A DNA stretch of 60,692 bases from Syntrophobacterales bacterium. GTDB lineage: Bacteria; Desulfobacterota; Syntrophia; Syntrophales; CAMTWB01. The stretch's first letter is position 1. Each line of letters opens with the position of its first letter. Shown in pieces: positions 1 through 8,990 of the stretch. A model generated the notes under the pieces. It saw only the letters and a program-made list of their open reading frames with translations, did no database searches and was not told the origin of the DNA. The DNA lies in the NCBI GenBank assembly GCA_037441775.1, contig JBBIRO010000013.1:1-60692 (forward strand). Reading direction: 5' to 3'. Both the position numbers and the translations under genes were made by a program.

Positions 1-71
1 GCGATGCGGGATTCGAACCCACGACCTCTGGTTCCGGAGACCAGCGCTCTATCCTGCTGAGCTAATCGCCC
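1..71 (-). tRNA. tRNA-Arg (anticodon CCG), 3' end cut by window edge
   Basis: The reverse complement reads GGGCGATTAGCTCAGCAGGATAGAGCGCTGGTCTCCGGAACCAGAGGTCGTGGGTTCGAATCCCGCATCGC. The anticodon stem is CTGGT/ACCAG with loop CTCCGGA (CCG). The T-arm is GTGGG-TTCGAAT-CCCGC. The last acceptor bases lie outside the window. Confidence 0.85.
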
Positions 72-191
72 TGCCGGGCTTATGTCGCCGACTGTGTTTG
101 TCGTGCTGGTTTGCAATTGAAAGATAGTACTATAACCGCATCAAATGTGCAATATTAAATGTGCCAGGCAATTCGTACCCCGAACCAAGAA

Positions 192-219
192 TTGACAAAC
201 GACCACTGGTCGGTATATG
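192..219 (+). promoter_or_regulatory. candidate sigma70-type promoter (TTGACA-N16-TATATG) between the divergent tRNAs
   Basis: TTGACA at 192..197 and TATATG at 214..219. It lies about 160 nt upstream of tRNA-Leu. Motif match only. Confidence 0.3.
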
Positions 220-380
220 GTTACTACGTAAACAGCTTGCGTTATACAGCAGCTGAAGTAATTCTGCGTGAAGAGTACGGTTTGTGCCGGACTTGGGAGC
301 ATTGTTGATGGTTATTCGTCTTGTTCGCAAAACGAATATCGTTTTTTAATGTTGCCGAAAACACTAATAATACAAGACGT

Positions 381-468
381 GCCTGGGTGGCGGAATAGGT
401 AGACGCAAGGGACTTAAAATCCCTCGGTCCTTGAGGCTGTGAGGGTTCGATTCCCTCCCCAGGCACCA
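381..468 (+). tRNA. tRNA-Leu (anticodon UAA), long variable arm, CCA encoded
   Basis: The acceptor GCCTGGG pairs with CCCAGGC. The anticodon stem is AGGGA/TCCCT with loop CTTAAAA (UAA). The variable arm is CGGTCCTTGAGGCTGT and the T-arm is GAGGG-TTCGATT-CCCTC, followed by ACCA. Confidence 0.9.
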
Positions 469-572
469 ATAATGTCAAAGATTTACCCGTCAGGCGAGCC
501 CTTTGATAGGGCCATCCATGATAAGCGTTATAGACGGTATCCCCAATTTTACAAAAGAAAGAAGAAAATAAT

Positions 573-2129
573 ATGTCGGAAGAAGCGCTGAGAGATTCAG
601 CGGCGGCGGGCGTGGAAAATCAGCTTTCAAGCGATAGCATTCCGCGAGGTTATGAGACGGCAGGCATCAGGGAACCGGAGAATTCCCTGCCGCCGGTCAT
701 TATTGGAGACCTGCCGCTGATGCTTAAGGAGGCTTGTGTCCGGGCTGGCTGGGCAAATTTATTGCCGGTCCAATCCCGAGCGATACCCTATTTGCTTGCC
801 GGGCGCAACCTGATGGTCGAGTCACAAACGGGGACCGGCAAGACGGGGGCTTTTCTCTTGCCCATCCTCCAGATGCTCGATATCGATGAGCCGGTCTGTC
901 AGGCTTTGGTCTTGGTGCCTACCCGTGAACTGGCGCTGCAGGTCTTTGGCGAGGCGGAAATTCTTGGCGGCGCCATCGGGGTAAAAACCGCCCTGGTATA
1001 TGGCGGGGTGAAATATGGCCCGCAGCTTGATGCCTTCCGCCAGGGGGCGCAGCTGGTAGTTGGAACGCCGGGGCGTATCCTTGATCACCTGCTTAAAAAG
1101 ACGCTCTTGCTGGATGGCCTGAAAATGATGGTCTTCGACGAGGCGGACCGGATGCTCTCCATGGGCTTTTATCCCGACATGCTGCGGATTCAGCAGTTTA
1201 TCCCCAAACGAGGCGTAAACGGCTGTATGTTTTCTGCTACTTTCCCGGCGCAGGTGGTCCGACTGGCCGGCGAATTTCTTCATAATCCGGAATTTCTCAG
1301 CCTAAGTCAGGAACATATTCATGCGCCCCAGACTGAACATATCTATTATGAGGTGCCAGGGATGCAACGGGAAAGATCGCTGATCCGGATTATCGAGGTT
1401 GAGAATCCCGTTTCGGCGATTATTTTTTGCAACCAGAAATCAACGGTGCACTTTGTTTCCGTGGTTCTCAAGCGTTTTGGCTACAATGCCGATGAATTAA
1501 GCTCTGACCTGAGCCAGTCGGCCCGGGAGCGAGTCATGGGGAGGCTTAGAAAAAGAGAGTTGCGATTACTTGTTGCCACTGACGTGGCGGCGCGGGGTAT
1601 CGATATCCATGAATTGTCACATGTTATTCAATATGAGCCGCCGGAGGATCCGGAGCTTTACGTTCACCGCGCCGGACGAACCGGGCGTGTTGAGGCAACA
1701 GGAGTTGCCATCTCAATGGTGGCGGGCATGGAGAAGTACAAGCTCCTCGATATTTGTCGCAGTTATAATATTGCGTTACGGGAGAAGTCTTTACCCGCCG
1801 ACGAGGATGTCCAATCAATTGTTTCACAACGGGTTATCGCCCTTTTGGAGGCAAAGCTGCGCGCCATGGACAACCTGCAAAATGAGCGAATCAGGCGCTT
1901 CGTTCTGCTGGGTCGCAGCATGGCGGAGGCCGAAGAGGACAACCCCTTGATTGCCATGCTGCTGGACGACTATTATCAGCGGAGTCTTAATATACCTCCT
2001 CAGGCCCCGGATGTAAACGTCCTCGAGGCGATGGTTTCCTCCAGCAATTCGAAAACTCATTCCAAGCCGAAGAGAAAACCGCGCTCTCGCGCCAAACGAA
2101 GTAGATCAAAAGCCGGAACCGGAAACTAA
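573..2129 (+). CDS. DEAD-box ATP-dependent RNA helicase
   Basis: 518-aa ORF with Walker A 'SQTGTGKTGAF', 'VFDEADRM' (DEAD), 'SAT' and 'HRAGRTGR'. The C-terminal tail is Lys/Arg-rich. Confidence 0.9.
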   Translation: MSEEALRDSAAAGVENQLSSDSIPRGYETAGIREPENSLPPVIIGDLPLMLKEACVRAGWANLLPVQSRAIPYLLAGRNLMVESQTGTGKTGAFLLPILQMLDIDEPVCQALVLVPTRELALQVFGEAEILGGAIGVKTALVYGGVKYGPQLDAFRQGAQLVVGTPGRILDHLLKKTLLLDGLKMMVFDEADRMLSMGFYPDMLRIQQFIPKRGVNGCMFSATFPAQVVRLAGEFLHNPEFLSLSQEHIHAPQTEHIYYEVPGMQRERSLIRIIEVENPVSAIIFCNQKSTVHFVSVVLKRFGYNADELSSDLSQSARERVMGRLRKRELRLLVATDVAARGIDIHELSHVIQYEPPEDPELYVHRAGRTGRVEATGVAISMVAGMEKYKLLDICRSYNIALREKSLPADEDVQSIVSQRVIALLEAKLRAMDNLQNERIRRFVLLGRSMAEAEEDNPLIAMLLDDYYQRSLNIPPQAPDVNVLEAMVSSSNSKTHSKPKRKPRSRAKRSRSKAGTGN

Positions 2130-2174
2130 TAGCTTCGCCTTACCGGGAAAATTACCAAGGCGGGAGGTTTGTAG

Positions 2175-2585
2175 ATGATTGCTATGCTTATTGTGACTCA
2201 CGGAAACCTGGGAAAAGAGATGCTGAAAGCGGCCGAGATGATCAAGGGAGAAATAAAATATTGCGCCAGTCTGTCCGTTGACCAGACCAAGGGCGTTGAT
2301 GAAATCAATCGGGAAATGTTATCGGATATCAAGAAGCTGGATCGCGGCCAGGGAGTGCTGATTTTTACGGACCTTTTTGGCGGTACCCCCTCCAACATTT
2401 CCCTGTCCTATCTTAAGGAGGGTAGGGTAGAGGTCATTACCGGCGTCAATCTGCCGATGATCCTTAAGTATTTTGAGCTCAGAGAAAAAATAACCATCAA
2501 AGAACTTGCGCCCCAGGTTGCGGATTACGGCAGGAAGAACATATATCTTGCCAGCGAGATATTAGCCCGCAAAGTAAAAGGGTAA
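2175..2585 (+). CDS. PTS mannose-family EIIA component
   Basis: 136 aa. The N-terminal 'MLIVTHGNLG' has the His typical of EIIA-Man. A GGAGG RBS lies upstream. Confidence 0.8.
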   Translation: MIAMLIVTHGNLGKEMLKAAEMIKGEIKYCASLSVDQTKGVDEINREMLSDIKKLDRGQGVLIFTDLFGGTPSNISLSYLKEGRVEVITGVNLPMILKYFELREKITIKELAPQVADYGRKNIYLASEILARKVKG

Positions 2586-2589
2586 GTTT

Positions 2590-3090
2590 GTGCCGACCCA
2601 TTTCAACATAGTTCTGGTCCGGGTGGACAACCGCCTGGTTCACGGGCAATTGCTCGAAGCCTGGATTCCCCGTCTCGGCGCCGAATGCCTAATTATTGCC
2701 AACGATGAAGTGGCGGTCGATATCTTTCGAGAAACGGTGATCAGGATGGCTGTGCCGAAGGAAATTGAAGTGAATATTTTTGGGGTCGAAGAATTTGCTA
2801 AAACCCACCAGTTTGAAAGAGGCCAAGGCATAAAAACAATAGTTCTGTTCAGCAATATTACTGATGCCCTACGGGCATTTCAGCAGGGATTCAGGTTTAT
2901 TAAATTGAATGTGGGCAATATTTTCAGTGATGACAGCGTCCTGTGCTGCTCCCGCTCGGTTTATTTGGGACAAAAAGATATTGACGAGATAGGGGTCCTT
3001 ATAAAGGAGGAGGTTTCGGTTGAGCTAAGAGGTCTGCCAAAAGATAAATCCCTCGATTTCCGTGAGCTTGTTAAGGCAGGCGTAAGCTAA
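2590..3090 (+). CDS. PTS mannose/sorbose-family EIIB component
   Basis: 166 aa with a GTG start. 'VRVDNRLVHGQ' matches the phospho-His motif of EIIB-Man/Sor. Confidence 0.8.
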   Translation: MPTHFNIVLVRVDNRLVHGQLLEAWIPRLGAECLIIANDEVAVDIFRETVIRMAVPKEIEVNIFGVEEFAKTHQFERGQGIKTIVLFSNITDALRAFQQGFRFIKLNVGNIFSDDSVLCCSRSVYLGQKDIDEIGVLIKEEVSVELRGLPKDKSLDFRELVKAGVS

Positions 3091-3101
3091 CGGGATTAGC
3101 C

Positions 3102-3138
3102 GCGGCTGGCCAGCCGGCCTCCAATGCCGCTGTTTTTT
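3102..3138 (+). terminator. GC-rich hairpin plus T6 between EIIB and EIIC (possible attenuator/terminator)
   Basis: GCGGC (3102..3106) pairs with GCCGC (3126..3130) around an internal GGCTGGCCAGCC palindrome. TTTTTT follows at 3133..3138. Confidence 0.35.
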
Positions 3139-3145
3139 CTTCTGA

Positions 3146-3850
3146 GTGGTTATGACGATGGACTATCTCATTATAACCCTGATCGGAGGGCTCCTTTGCC
3201 TGGATAAAACAGCGCCCCAGTTGTTGATTTCCCGGCCGGTAGTGGCGGCGCCGGTTTTGGGAGGTCTGCTGGGAGATTTCATTACCGGTCTGATCATTGG
3301 ATCTTTTTTGGAACTGGTATGGATTAATCGGGTTCCCATCGGCGGCTACATCCCCCCCGACGACACCCTGGCCGCTTCGGTCATCACCGCTGTTGTCATT
3401 ATTGTTTCCCGGCGGCTGGGGTTTGATTCTCCGGAGATTATTTCGTTTGGTTTTATTCTTTTTTTACCTCTGGTTTTGGCCGGGCAAAAGGTGCAGCAGC
3501 TAATTGTTAAATCCAACAACAGTTTGGACGAGTCGGCCCAGATAGCGGCGGAAAAACCGGATATCAAAATGCTGGAACGGCTGCATATCCGGGGACTGGT
3601 CAAGGCCTTCATCATTCCTGCTCTGATGATCCTGGTATTTACGACCATTGGGGTAGAGGTAATGTATTTACTCTACCGTAACTTGCCGGCCTGGTCATTT
3701 GAGCCTCTGCGGCTTTCCTATTACCTCTTGCCGTTAATTGGAGTTGCCTCCGGGCTTAACATGGTTAAGATCAAACGGGAACTGCCAATATTTTACGCTC
3801 TTTCCCTGGCGGCAATCATTCTTATTGAGTACCTCTTGGAGTTGCGGTAG
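3146..3850 (+). CDS. PTS mannose-family EIIC-like membrane component
   Basis: 234 aa and polytopic. The N-terminal 'GGLLCLDKTAPQLLISRPVVAAPVLGGLLGD' resembles the EIIC-Man signature. The start is ambiguous (GTG 3146, ATG 3152 or ATG 3158). Confidence 0.6.
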   Translation: MVMTMDYLIITLIGGLLCLDKTAPQLLISRPVVAAPVLGGLLGDFITGLIIGSFLELVWINRVPIGGYIPPDDTLAASVITAVVIIVSRRLGFDSPEIISFGFILFLPLVLAGQKVQQLIVKSNNSLDESAQIAAEKPDIKMLERLHIRGLVKAFIIPALMILVFTTIGVEVMYLLYRNLPAWSFEPLRLSYYLLPLIGVASGLNMVKIKRELPIFYALSLAAIILIEYLLELR

Positions 3851-3893
3851 TAAATATCTGCGGCGCCCCGTTTTTGATTCAGAAGGATGAGTT

Positions 3894-4358
3894 GTGGTGG
3901 CGATTTCGGGAATTGAAATTACCGATATGAACAAAGCAGATCTGCCGGAGATACAGGCCATAGAAAATGTTGTTTTTTTGGCCCCCTGGAGTGAGCAGAT
4001 GCTTCGGCGGGAGCTACTCTCACCCCTTTCATCTTGTCGGGTGGCAAAAGCAAGACAGGGGCAATCCCTGGTAGTGGCGGGGTATCTGATCTGTTGGATA
4101 TATGCCGCCGAAACCCATATCCATAACCTTGCGGTGAAGCAAGAATTCAGAAGAATGGGGGTTGGCGGGCTTTTGCTGGCAGACGCCATCCAGTTGTCCA
4201 GAAAGAAGGCGGCGGAATGGGTGTATCTGGAGGTGCGCAGATCCAACTGCGCGGCGATTCGCCTGTACGAAAAGTTTGCCTTCCTGGAGCTGGGGGTGAG
4301 AAAAAGTTATTACCGGGAAAGCGGTGAGGACGCCCTGGTGCTGGGCAGACAGATATGA
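3894..4358 (+). CDS. rimI: GNAT N-acetyltransferase, RimI-like (ribosomal-protein-alanine acetyltransferase)
   Basis: 154 aa. The acetyl-CoA motif 'VKQEFRRMGVGGLLL' is present and the size and layout fit RimI. An alternative start is ATG 3927. Confidence 0.65.
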   Translation: MVAISGIEITDMNKADLPEIQAIENVVFLAPWSEQMLRRELLSPLSSCRVAKARQGQSLVVAGYLICWIYAAETHIHNLAVKQEFRRMGVGGLLLADAIQLSRKKAAEWVYLEVRRSNCAAIRLYEKFAFLELGVRKSYYRESGEDALVLGRQI

Positions 4359-5170
4359 TGGAGCGGGATTGTAAAATGCTAGATAGGCTCAACACCTGCG
4401 GGGAAATAATAGCAAACGAGATGATCGGTCCTGGTTGCCATCAGCTGCAAATGCGGGTTGCCGGTGACTTCCCGCCGCCGCGTCCCGGCCAGTTTGCCCT
4501 CTTGAGATTTTTGTCCGGCCACGATCCCCTGCTGGGCCGCCCTCTAGGGATCTACGACTTTGATCCCCTGACGGGGATGATCAGCTTTGTTTACCGGGTT
4601 GTTGGGCGGGGAACAGCACTCTTGTCGCGTCAAAAAAAAGGCGACGCGCTGGGACTTTTTGGTCCTCTCGGCCGTCCTTTTGCAGTTCCCGAAACCGCCT
4701 CCCGCCTGTTGCTGGTTGCGGGAGGAATAGGGGCGGCGGCACTAAATTTCCTGGCCCGAAAGCATCATCTGGAACATCAGGTAATCTGTTACCTGGGCGC
4801 GAGGTCGGCCAGGGAATGGAACGGATTGCCGCAGTTCAACCGGACGAGCTATCAGATAAAATTGACGACGGAAGATGGGAGTGCCGGAGTACGGGGATTA
4901 ATTACGGAGCTGATTGAACAGGATCTGCCGCATCTGGCCGCTGCCGGAACGTATATGTATGCCTGCGGCCCCCGGGGGATGCTGGCCCGGCTGGCCCTGT
5001 TGCTTCAGAATAGCCCGCTGTCCTGCCAGGTGTCCATGGAAGAAAGGATGGCCTGCGGACTGGGGGCCTGTCTGGGGTGTGTCGTGAAAAGGGCCGACCC
5101 GCGGCAGATATCATACGCCAGAGTCTGCTGCGAGGGTCCGGTTTTTGACATCAGGGAAATAGCCTGGTGA
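4355..5170 (+). CDS. pyrK: dihydroorotate dehydrogenase B electron-transfer subunit
   Basis: 271 aa with a ferredoxin-reductase-like layout and a C-terminal Cys cluster 'CGLGACLGC...CCEGP'. Its ATGA overlaps the rimI stop, and it lies directly upstream of pyrD. Confidence 0.85.
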   Translation: MMERDCKMLDRLNTCGEIIANEMIGPGCHQLQMRVAGDFPPPRPGQFALLRFLSGHDPLLGRPLGIYDFDPLTGMISFVYRVVGRGTALLSRQKKGDALGLFGPLGRPFAVPETASRLLLVAGGIGAAALNFLARKHHLEHQVICYLGARSAREWNGLPQFNRTSYQIKLTTEDGSAGVRGLITELIEQDLPHLAAAGTYMYACGPRGMLARLALLLQNSPLSCQVSMEERMACGLGACLGCVVKRADPRQISYARVCCEGPVFDIREIAW

Positions 5171-5200
5171 GATCTATTTGAGAAAAAACGGGGGAACAAA

Positions 5201-6130
5201 GTGATTGCTGGCCCTGAAATGGCAGTGAATATCGGTCGGGGATTGATGTTAAAAAATCCCGTGATGACTGCCTCCGGCACTTTTGGTTACGGGACTGAAT
5301 ACGAAGGGTTGGTGGATTTACGGCTCATGGGAGCGGTAATTGTCAAGGGCCTTTCCCTGCGGCCCCGGGCAGGCAATCCTCCTCCCAGGATAACCGAGAC
5401 CCCAGCGGGTATGCTTAATTCCATCGGTTTGCAAAACATCGGCGTCGAAAACTTTCTCAAGGAAAAGCTGCCGCTACTGAGGGATCTGGGAGCCACGGTC
5501 ATTGTCAATGTCTACGCCGAAACGATAGAGGAGTTTGGCGAGATCTGCCGGTTATTGACCAAGGCTAAGGGGATCGCGGCGCTGGAGATTAACATCTCCT
5601 GCCCCAATGTAAATAAGGGCGGCATTGCCTTTGGAACGGTTCCCGACCTGGCCGGGGAGGTTACGCGGGCGGCCAGAACAGCCACTGACCTGCCGCTGAT
5701 CGTCAAATTGTCACCTAACGTCACCGCTATTGCGGAGATAGCGCTTGCCGTGGAGCAGGCCGGCGCGGATGCCGTATCCCTGATCAACACCTTGACGGGC
5801 ATGGCGATAGATGTGGAACGGCGCGTCCCGAAGCTCAAGAACATCATTGGCGGTCTTTCCGGCCCGGCGATCAGGCCGGTGGCCCTGCGGATGGTCTGGG
5901 AGGTTGCGAAAAGAGTGTCAATTCCGGTAATCGGGATCGGAGGAATCATGCAAGCCGAAGATGCGCTGGAGTTTTTAATTGCCGGAGCCCGGGCAGTTGA
6001 AGTGGGGACGGCCAATTTCATTGATCCTCAGGCATCGATCAAGATAATCGCGGGGATAAGGGACTATCTTAGCCGTCATGAAATAAAAAACGTCAACTCC
6101 CTGATCGGTTCAATAATGACTACGTCGTAA
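5201..6130 (+). CDS. pyrD: dihydroorotate dehydrogenase (class 1B catalytic subunit)
   Basis: 309 aa with 'NPVMTASGTFGYG', 'NISCPNV' and 'IGIGGI'. GTG start with a GGGGGA RBS. Confidence 0.9.
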   Translation: MIAGPEMAVNIGRGLMLKNPVMTASGTFGYGTEYEGLVDLRLMGAVIVKGLSLRPRAGNPPPRITETPAGMLNSIGLQNIGVENFLKEKLPLLRDLGATVIVNVYAETIEEFGEICRLLTKAKGIAALEINISCPNVNKGGIAFGTVPDLAGEVTRAARTATDLPLIVKLSPNVTAIAEIALAVEQAGADAVSLINTLTGMAIDVERRVPKLKNIIGGLSGPAIRPVALRMVWEVAKRVSIPVIGIGGIMQAEDALEFLIAGARAVEVGTANFIDPQASIKIIAGIRDYLSRHEIKNVNSLIGSIMTTS

Positions 6131-6219
6131 CAATTCCGGGTTCCACTCCCTTCGCGGGAGGGGACAAGGGGGAGGGGAGTTTTCTGGCCGCATCTGCCTT
6201 GGCAATAGGCAAGGACCGT

Positions 6220-6235
6220 GACTTTTTTCGAGTTC
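6220..6235 (+). repeat. copy of dispersed motif GACTTTTT(A)CGAxxTC
   Basis: GACTTTTTTCGAGTTC lies 20 nt upstream of ATG 6256. It is preceded by the hairpin CCTTG-gcaatagg-CAAGG. Confidence 0.5.
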
Positions 6236-6255
6236 AATACTTAAAGGAGAAGACC

Positions 6256-6633
6256 ATGAAGTTTCAATTTGCCCATAACAACATCAATGTTTTTGACCTG
6301 GAAAAGAGCCTTTCCTTTTATAAAAAGGCGCTCGGTCTGGTAGAAACCAGAAGGTACGAGCCAGCGGACGGCAGTTTTATTCTCGTTTTTTTAGGGGACG
6401 GGGCCACAACGCACAAGCTGGAATTGACCTGGCTTAAGAATTGGGAAAGACCTTATAATTTAGGCGATAACGAGATGCACCTTGCTTTTGTTGCCGATGA
6501 TTATAACGCCGCCCATGAAATGCACACTCAAATGGGCTGTATATGCTATGAAAATAAGGCGATGGGCATATATTTTATCGAGGATCCCGATGGCTATTGG
6601 GTCGAAATAATTCCCAACCGGGTTCGGTCTTAA
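6256..6633 (+). CDS. VOC-family protein (glyoxalase I / lactoylglutathione lyase-like)
   Basis: 'MKFQFAHNNINVFDLEKSLSFYKKALGL...' is a typical glyoxalase/VOC N-terminus. An AAGGAG RBS precedes ATG 6256. The track start at 6199 would read through the intergenic repeat. Confidence 0.75.
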   Translation: MKFQFAHNNINVFDLEKSLSFYKKALGLVETRRYEPADGSFILVFLGDGATTHKLELTWLKNWERPYNLGDNEMHLAFVADDYNAAHEMHTQMGCICYENKAMGIYFIEDPDGYWVEIIPNRVRS

Positions 6634-6654
6634 AATATTGACGACCTTACGATA

Positions 6655-6682
6655 GGGCAAAAGCCCCCTCTTCTTTGAGGGG
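6655..6682 (-). terminator. hairpin CCCCTC-ttcttt-GAGGGG with a T-run on the minus strand (possible terminator of the OYE gene)
   Basis: The 6-bp GC stem spans 6665..6682. On the minus strand it is followed by GCTTTTG. It sits between convergent genes. Confidence 0.35.
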
Positions 6683-6697
6683 AGACGATTGGGGTGA

Positions 6698-6742
6698 GGG
6701 TGAACGTAGCTGATATTTTAATATCTTACCCTACATTCACCC
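6698..6742. repeat. long imperfect palindrome/hairpin in a convergent intergenic region
   Basis: GGGTGAACGTAG (6698..6709) pairs 11/12 with CTACATTCACCC (6731..6742). It encloses the perfect palindrome GATATTTTAATATC (6712..6725). Confidence 0.6.
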
Positions 6743-6830
6743 CCCTTGCCTTTATCACATCCCGCGAGGGCTGGAGCTGGGACACAAATATTGCTGGACA
6801 TACGAGAGATGAGAACGAAGAAAGATATTT

Positions 6831-7964
6831 TTAGTTGGATCCCCCTGACCCTTTAGTTTTTTCCTTTTCTTCCACTACGCAATAGATCCCTTGGCCAAGC
6901 AGGCCGGGCCGGAAGCAAAGGTTGTCGGATTGGCAGCCCGCCGGTGTGACATCTCCCGAAAGCCAGCGGTTGATCAGCCCTGGTTCCCGGATGAAAGGCC
7001 GGCACATGGCGATATAGTCTGCCGCCCCTTTGGCAACCAATTGCTGGGCGACGTTTAAGGAACGAATGCCTCCCACCAGGATTAGAGGGCAGGAAATCTC
7101 TTTTTTTACCTCACGGGCTGCTTCCCTGAAGTAGGCCTCCCGCTCTTCGGAACTTATTCCGGTACGACTGGGAGAGAGTTTCCCTCCGGTAAGAAGGCCC
7201 CCACTAAGCTCAATGGCGTCGATTCCGGCGGCTGAAAGCAGCCGACAGGCCGCCAGGGAATCCTCCCTGCTCAAACCTCCTTCGCTAAAATCCTCGCTAT
7301 TGATTTTTATCATGATCGGGTATTTCTCGCCAACCGCTTCCCGGATTGCCCGGTATATTTCCAGGTGGATCCGGGCCCGGTTTTCGATGCCTCCCCCATA
7401 GAGGTCGGTTCGGCGGTTGAAAAAAGGCGAAAGGAACTGGCTCAAGAGGTAGCCGTGAGCGGAATGAATCTGCACGCCGTCGAAACCGGCGCTCTTTGCC
7501 CGCCGGGCGGCGCCGGCATACGCGGCGACCAATTTTCTGATATGTTCAGTCGTTAACTCCCGGCGGGGCGTGACGGCCAGACCCTCGAAGCCGGATACGA
7601 CCAGAGGGGGCGCATTCGTCAAGGATTCAGCCGCAAAATGGCCGGCATGGGCGAGCTGGGCGACAATCTTTCCCCCTGATTCATGCACGGCATCGGTCAT
7701 GGTTTTTAATCGAGCAATAAGGTCATCTTTGTAGATGCCCAGCTGCCAGGGGCCAGCCTGGCCTTCAGAGCTGACATAGGTGTGGCCGGAGATGATCAAC
7801 CCAACGCCGCCTTGGGCCAGTTCTTTCATTTTTGCAATCAGCGCCGCTGTCGCTTCGCCTTGGGGCGTTGCGAACCCCTCCCAGGTGGCGGAACGGATAA
7901 AGCGGTTTGCAAGGTTCATGGAACTGATTTTAGCAGGTTCAAAAAGCATGGTTTTCCTCCTCAA
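6831..7964 (-). CDS. NADH:flavin oxidoreductase, Old Yellow Enzyme family
   Basis: 377 aa with 'HSAHGYLLSQFLSP', 'RTDLYGGGIENRAR' and the 'LILVGGI' TIM-barrel FMN motifs. Confidence 0.85.
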   Translation of the reverse strand: MRRKTMLFEPAKISSMNLANRFIRSATWEGFATPQGEATAALIAKMKELAQGGVGLIISGHTYVSSEGQAGPWQLGIYKDDLIARLKTMTDAVHESGGKIVAQLAHAGHFAAESLTNAPPLVVSGFEGLAVTPRRELTTEHIRKLVAAYAGAARRAKSAGFDGVQIHSAHGYLLSQFLSPFFNRRTDLYGGGIENRARIHLEIYRAIREAVGEKYPIMIKINSEDFSEGGLSREDSLAACRLLSAAGIDAIELSGGLLTGGKLSPSRTGISSEEREAYFREAAREVKKEISCPLILVGGIRSLNVAQQLVAKGAADYIAMCRPFIREPGLINRWLSGDVTPAGCQSDNLCFRPGLLGQGIYCVVEEKEKTKGSGGSN

Positions 7965-8026
7965 TGAGTTGTGCGAATTTATTCTTCAGATTGGCTGGCG
8001 CTGAAGTATTGCACTTCGCGGGCCTC

Positions 8027-8758
8027 TCAATAATCGTCCTGTTCCAGCCGAAAGATATAACTCAAGGCAAGACCGCTTAGGTAAGTGATCCCGCCGCTCC
8101 AGACGACATCACTGATGAAATGGCCTCCCTGTACTATTCTCCCCAGTCCCATGAAAGAGCCGTAGGCGATCCCCAGGGCAAGAAAAGCGCTGGCTGGCCG
8201 ATGATGCTTCCGGCGGAGAAAAAAATAGGGTGCAAAAAGATAAAAACCCACCGAGGCATGGCCGGAAGGGAACGACTTTCCTTGCCCCGCCTTTCCTGGT
8301 TGCCAGCAGGGTTGATACAGCGATTCGCCGCCGAAATTTACAATATCCGCCGGTCGCGCTCTTCCCCAGTGGTCTTTGAATATCGTATTGATCAACAGCC
8401 CCGGTCCGACAAGCAGAAATACAACAATAAATAGCGCAATTTTTCGGTAATGGAGAAATTTTTTGTAAAAAAAACTAAGAACAAAAATCGCGAGACCGCC
8501 CATGGCCAAAGCAAAAGCCGGAATCATTCCGTAATGGTAACTGAAATACCAGGGGTTACTCTGAGCCAGATACCAGCCCTCTGCGGTGATATAGAAGAGA
8601 CCCGATAAAAGTAGATCGGCGTCGGTTGTGGCGATTAAAAAAGTAGCCGCCGCAAGCAAGAGTATCGGCAGGAGAAAACGAACCCAATGAGGATGGAGGG
8701 CTTTTATCCAGGTGCTCATTTTTACCGGCGGATCTTTTTTTGCGGGCGTCAAAAACAT
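8027..8758 (-). CDS. PAP2-family membrane phosphatase
   Basis: 243 aa and polytopic. The PAP2 motifs 'KDHWGRARP', 'PSGH' and 'GRIVQGGHFISD' are present. An alternative start is Met14. Confidence 0.85.
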   Translation of the reverse strand: MFLTPAKKDPPVKMSTWIKALHPHWVRFLLPILLLAAATFLIATTDADLLLSGLFYITAEGWYLAQSNPWYFSYHYGMIPAFALAMGGLAIFVLSFFYKKFLHYRKIALFIVVFLLVGPGLLINTIFKDHWGRARPADIVNFGGESLYQPCWQPGKAGQGKSFPSGHASVGFYLFAPYFFLRRKHHRPASAFLALGIAYGSFMGLGRIVQGGHFISDVVWSGGITYLSGLALSYIFRLEQDDY

Positions 8759-8842
8759 GGGCAGAGGGCGATTCTCTTTTCACGGTTATTTTCGAGAAAG
8801 ATTGGGATCGGGCGGGTATTCCCCCGTAAATTCAACTTAGAC

Positions 8843-8858
8843 GGCTTCGTAAAAAGCC
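8843..8858 (-). repeat. copy of the dispersed motif (reads GGCTTTTTACGAAGCC on the minus strand)
   Basis: It lies 84 nt upstream of the minus-strand PAP2 start and is oriented toward it. Confidence 0.5.
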
Positions 8859-8990
8859 GCGTTCCCCTCTTTTTGCGGAAGGGGTTAAAGGCGAGTGGAT
8901 CTTAGCGCCTGAAATAACGGCAATTATCAGCCTCGTCGTAAACCCTCTCCCCTCAAGAGAAGGGGGTTTCACCTTACTGCGATCTTGTCA

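Noticed and set aside
1-572. tRNA-Arg and tRNA-Leu as an integration hotspot or genomic island border.
   Set aside because: No integrase, no direct repeat of a tRNA 3' end, and the flanking genes are housekeeping.
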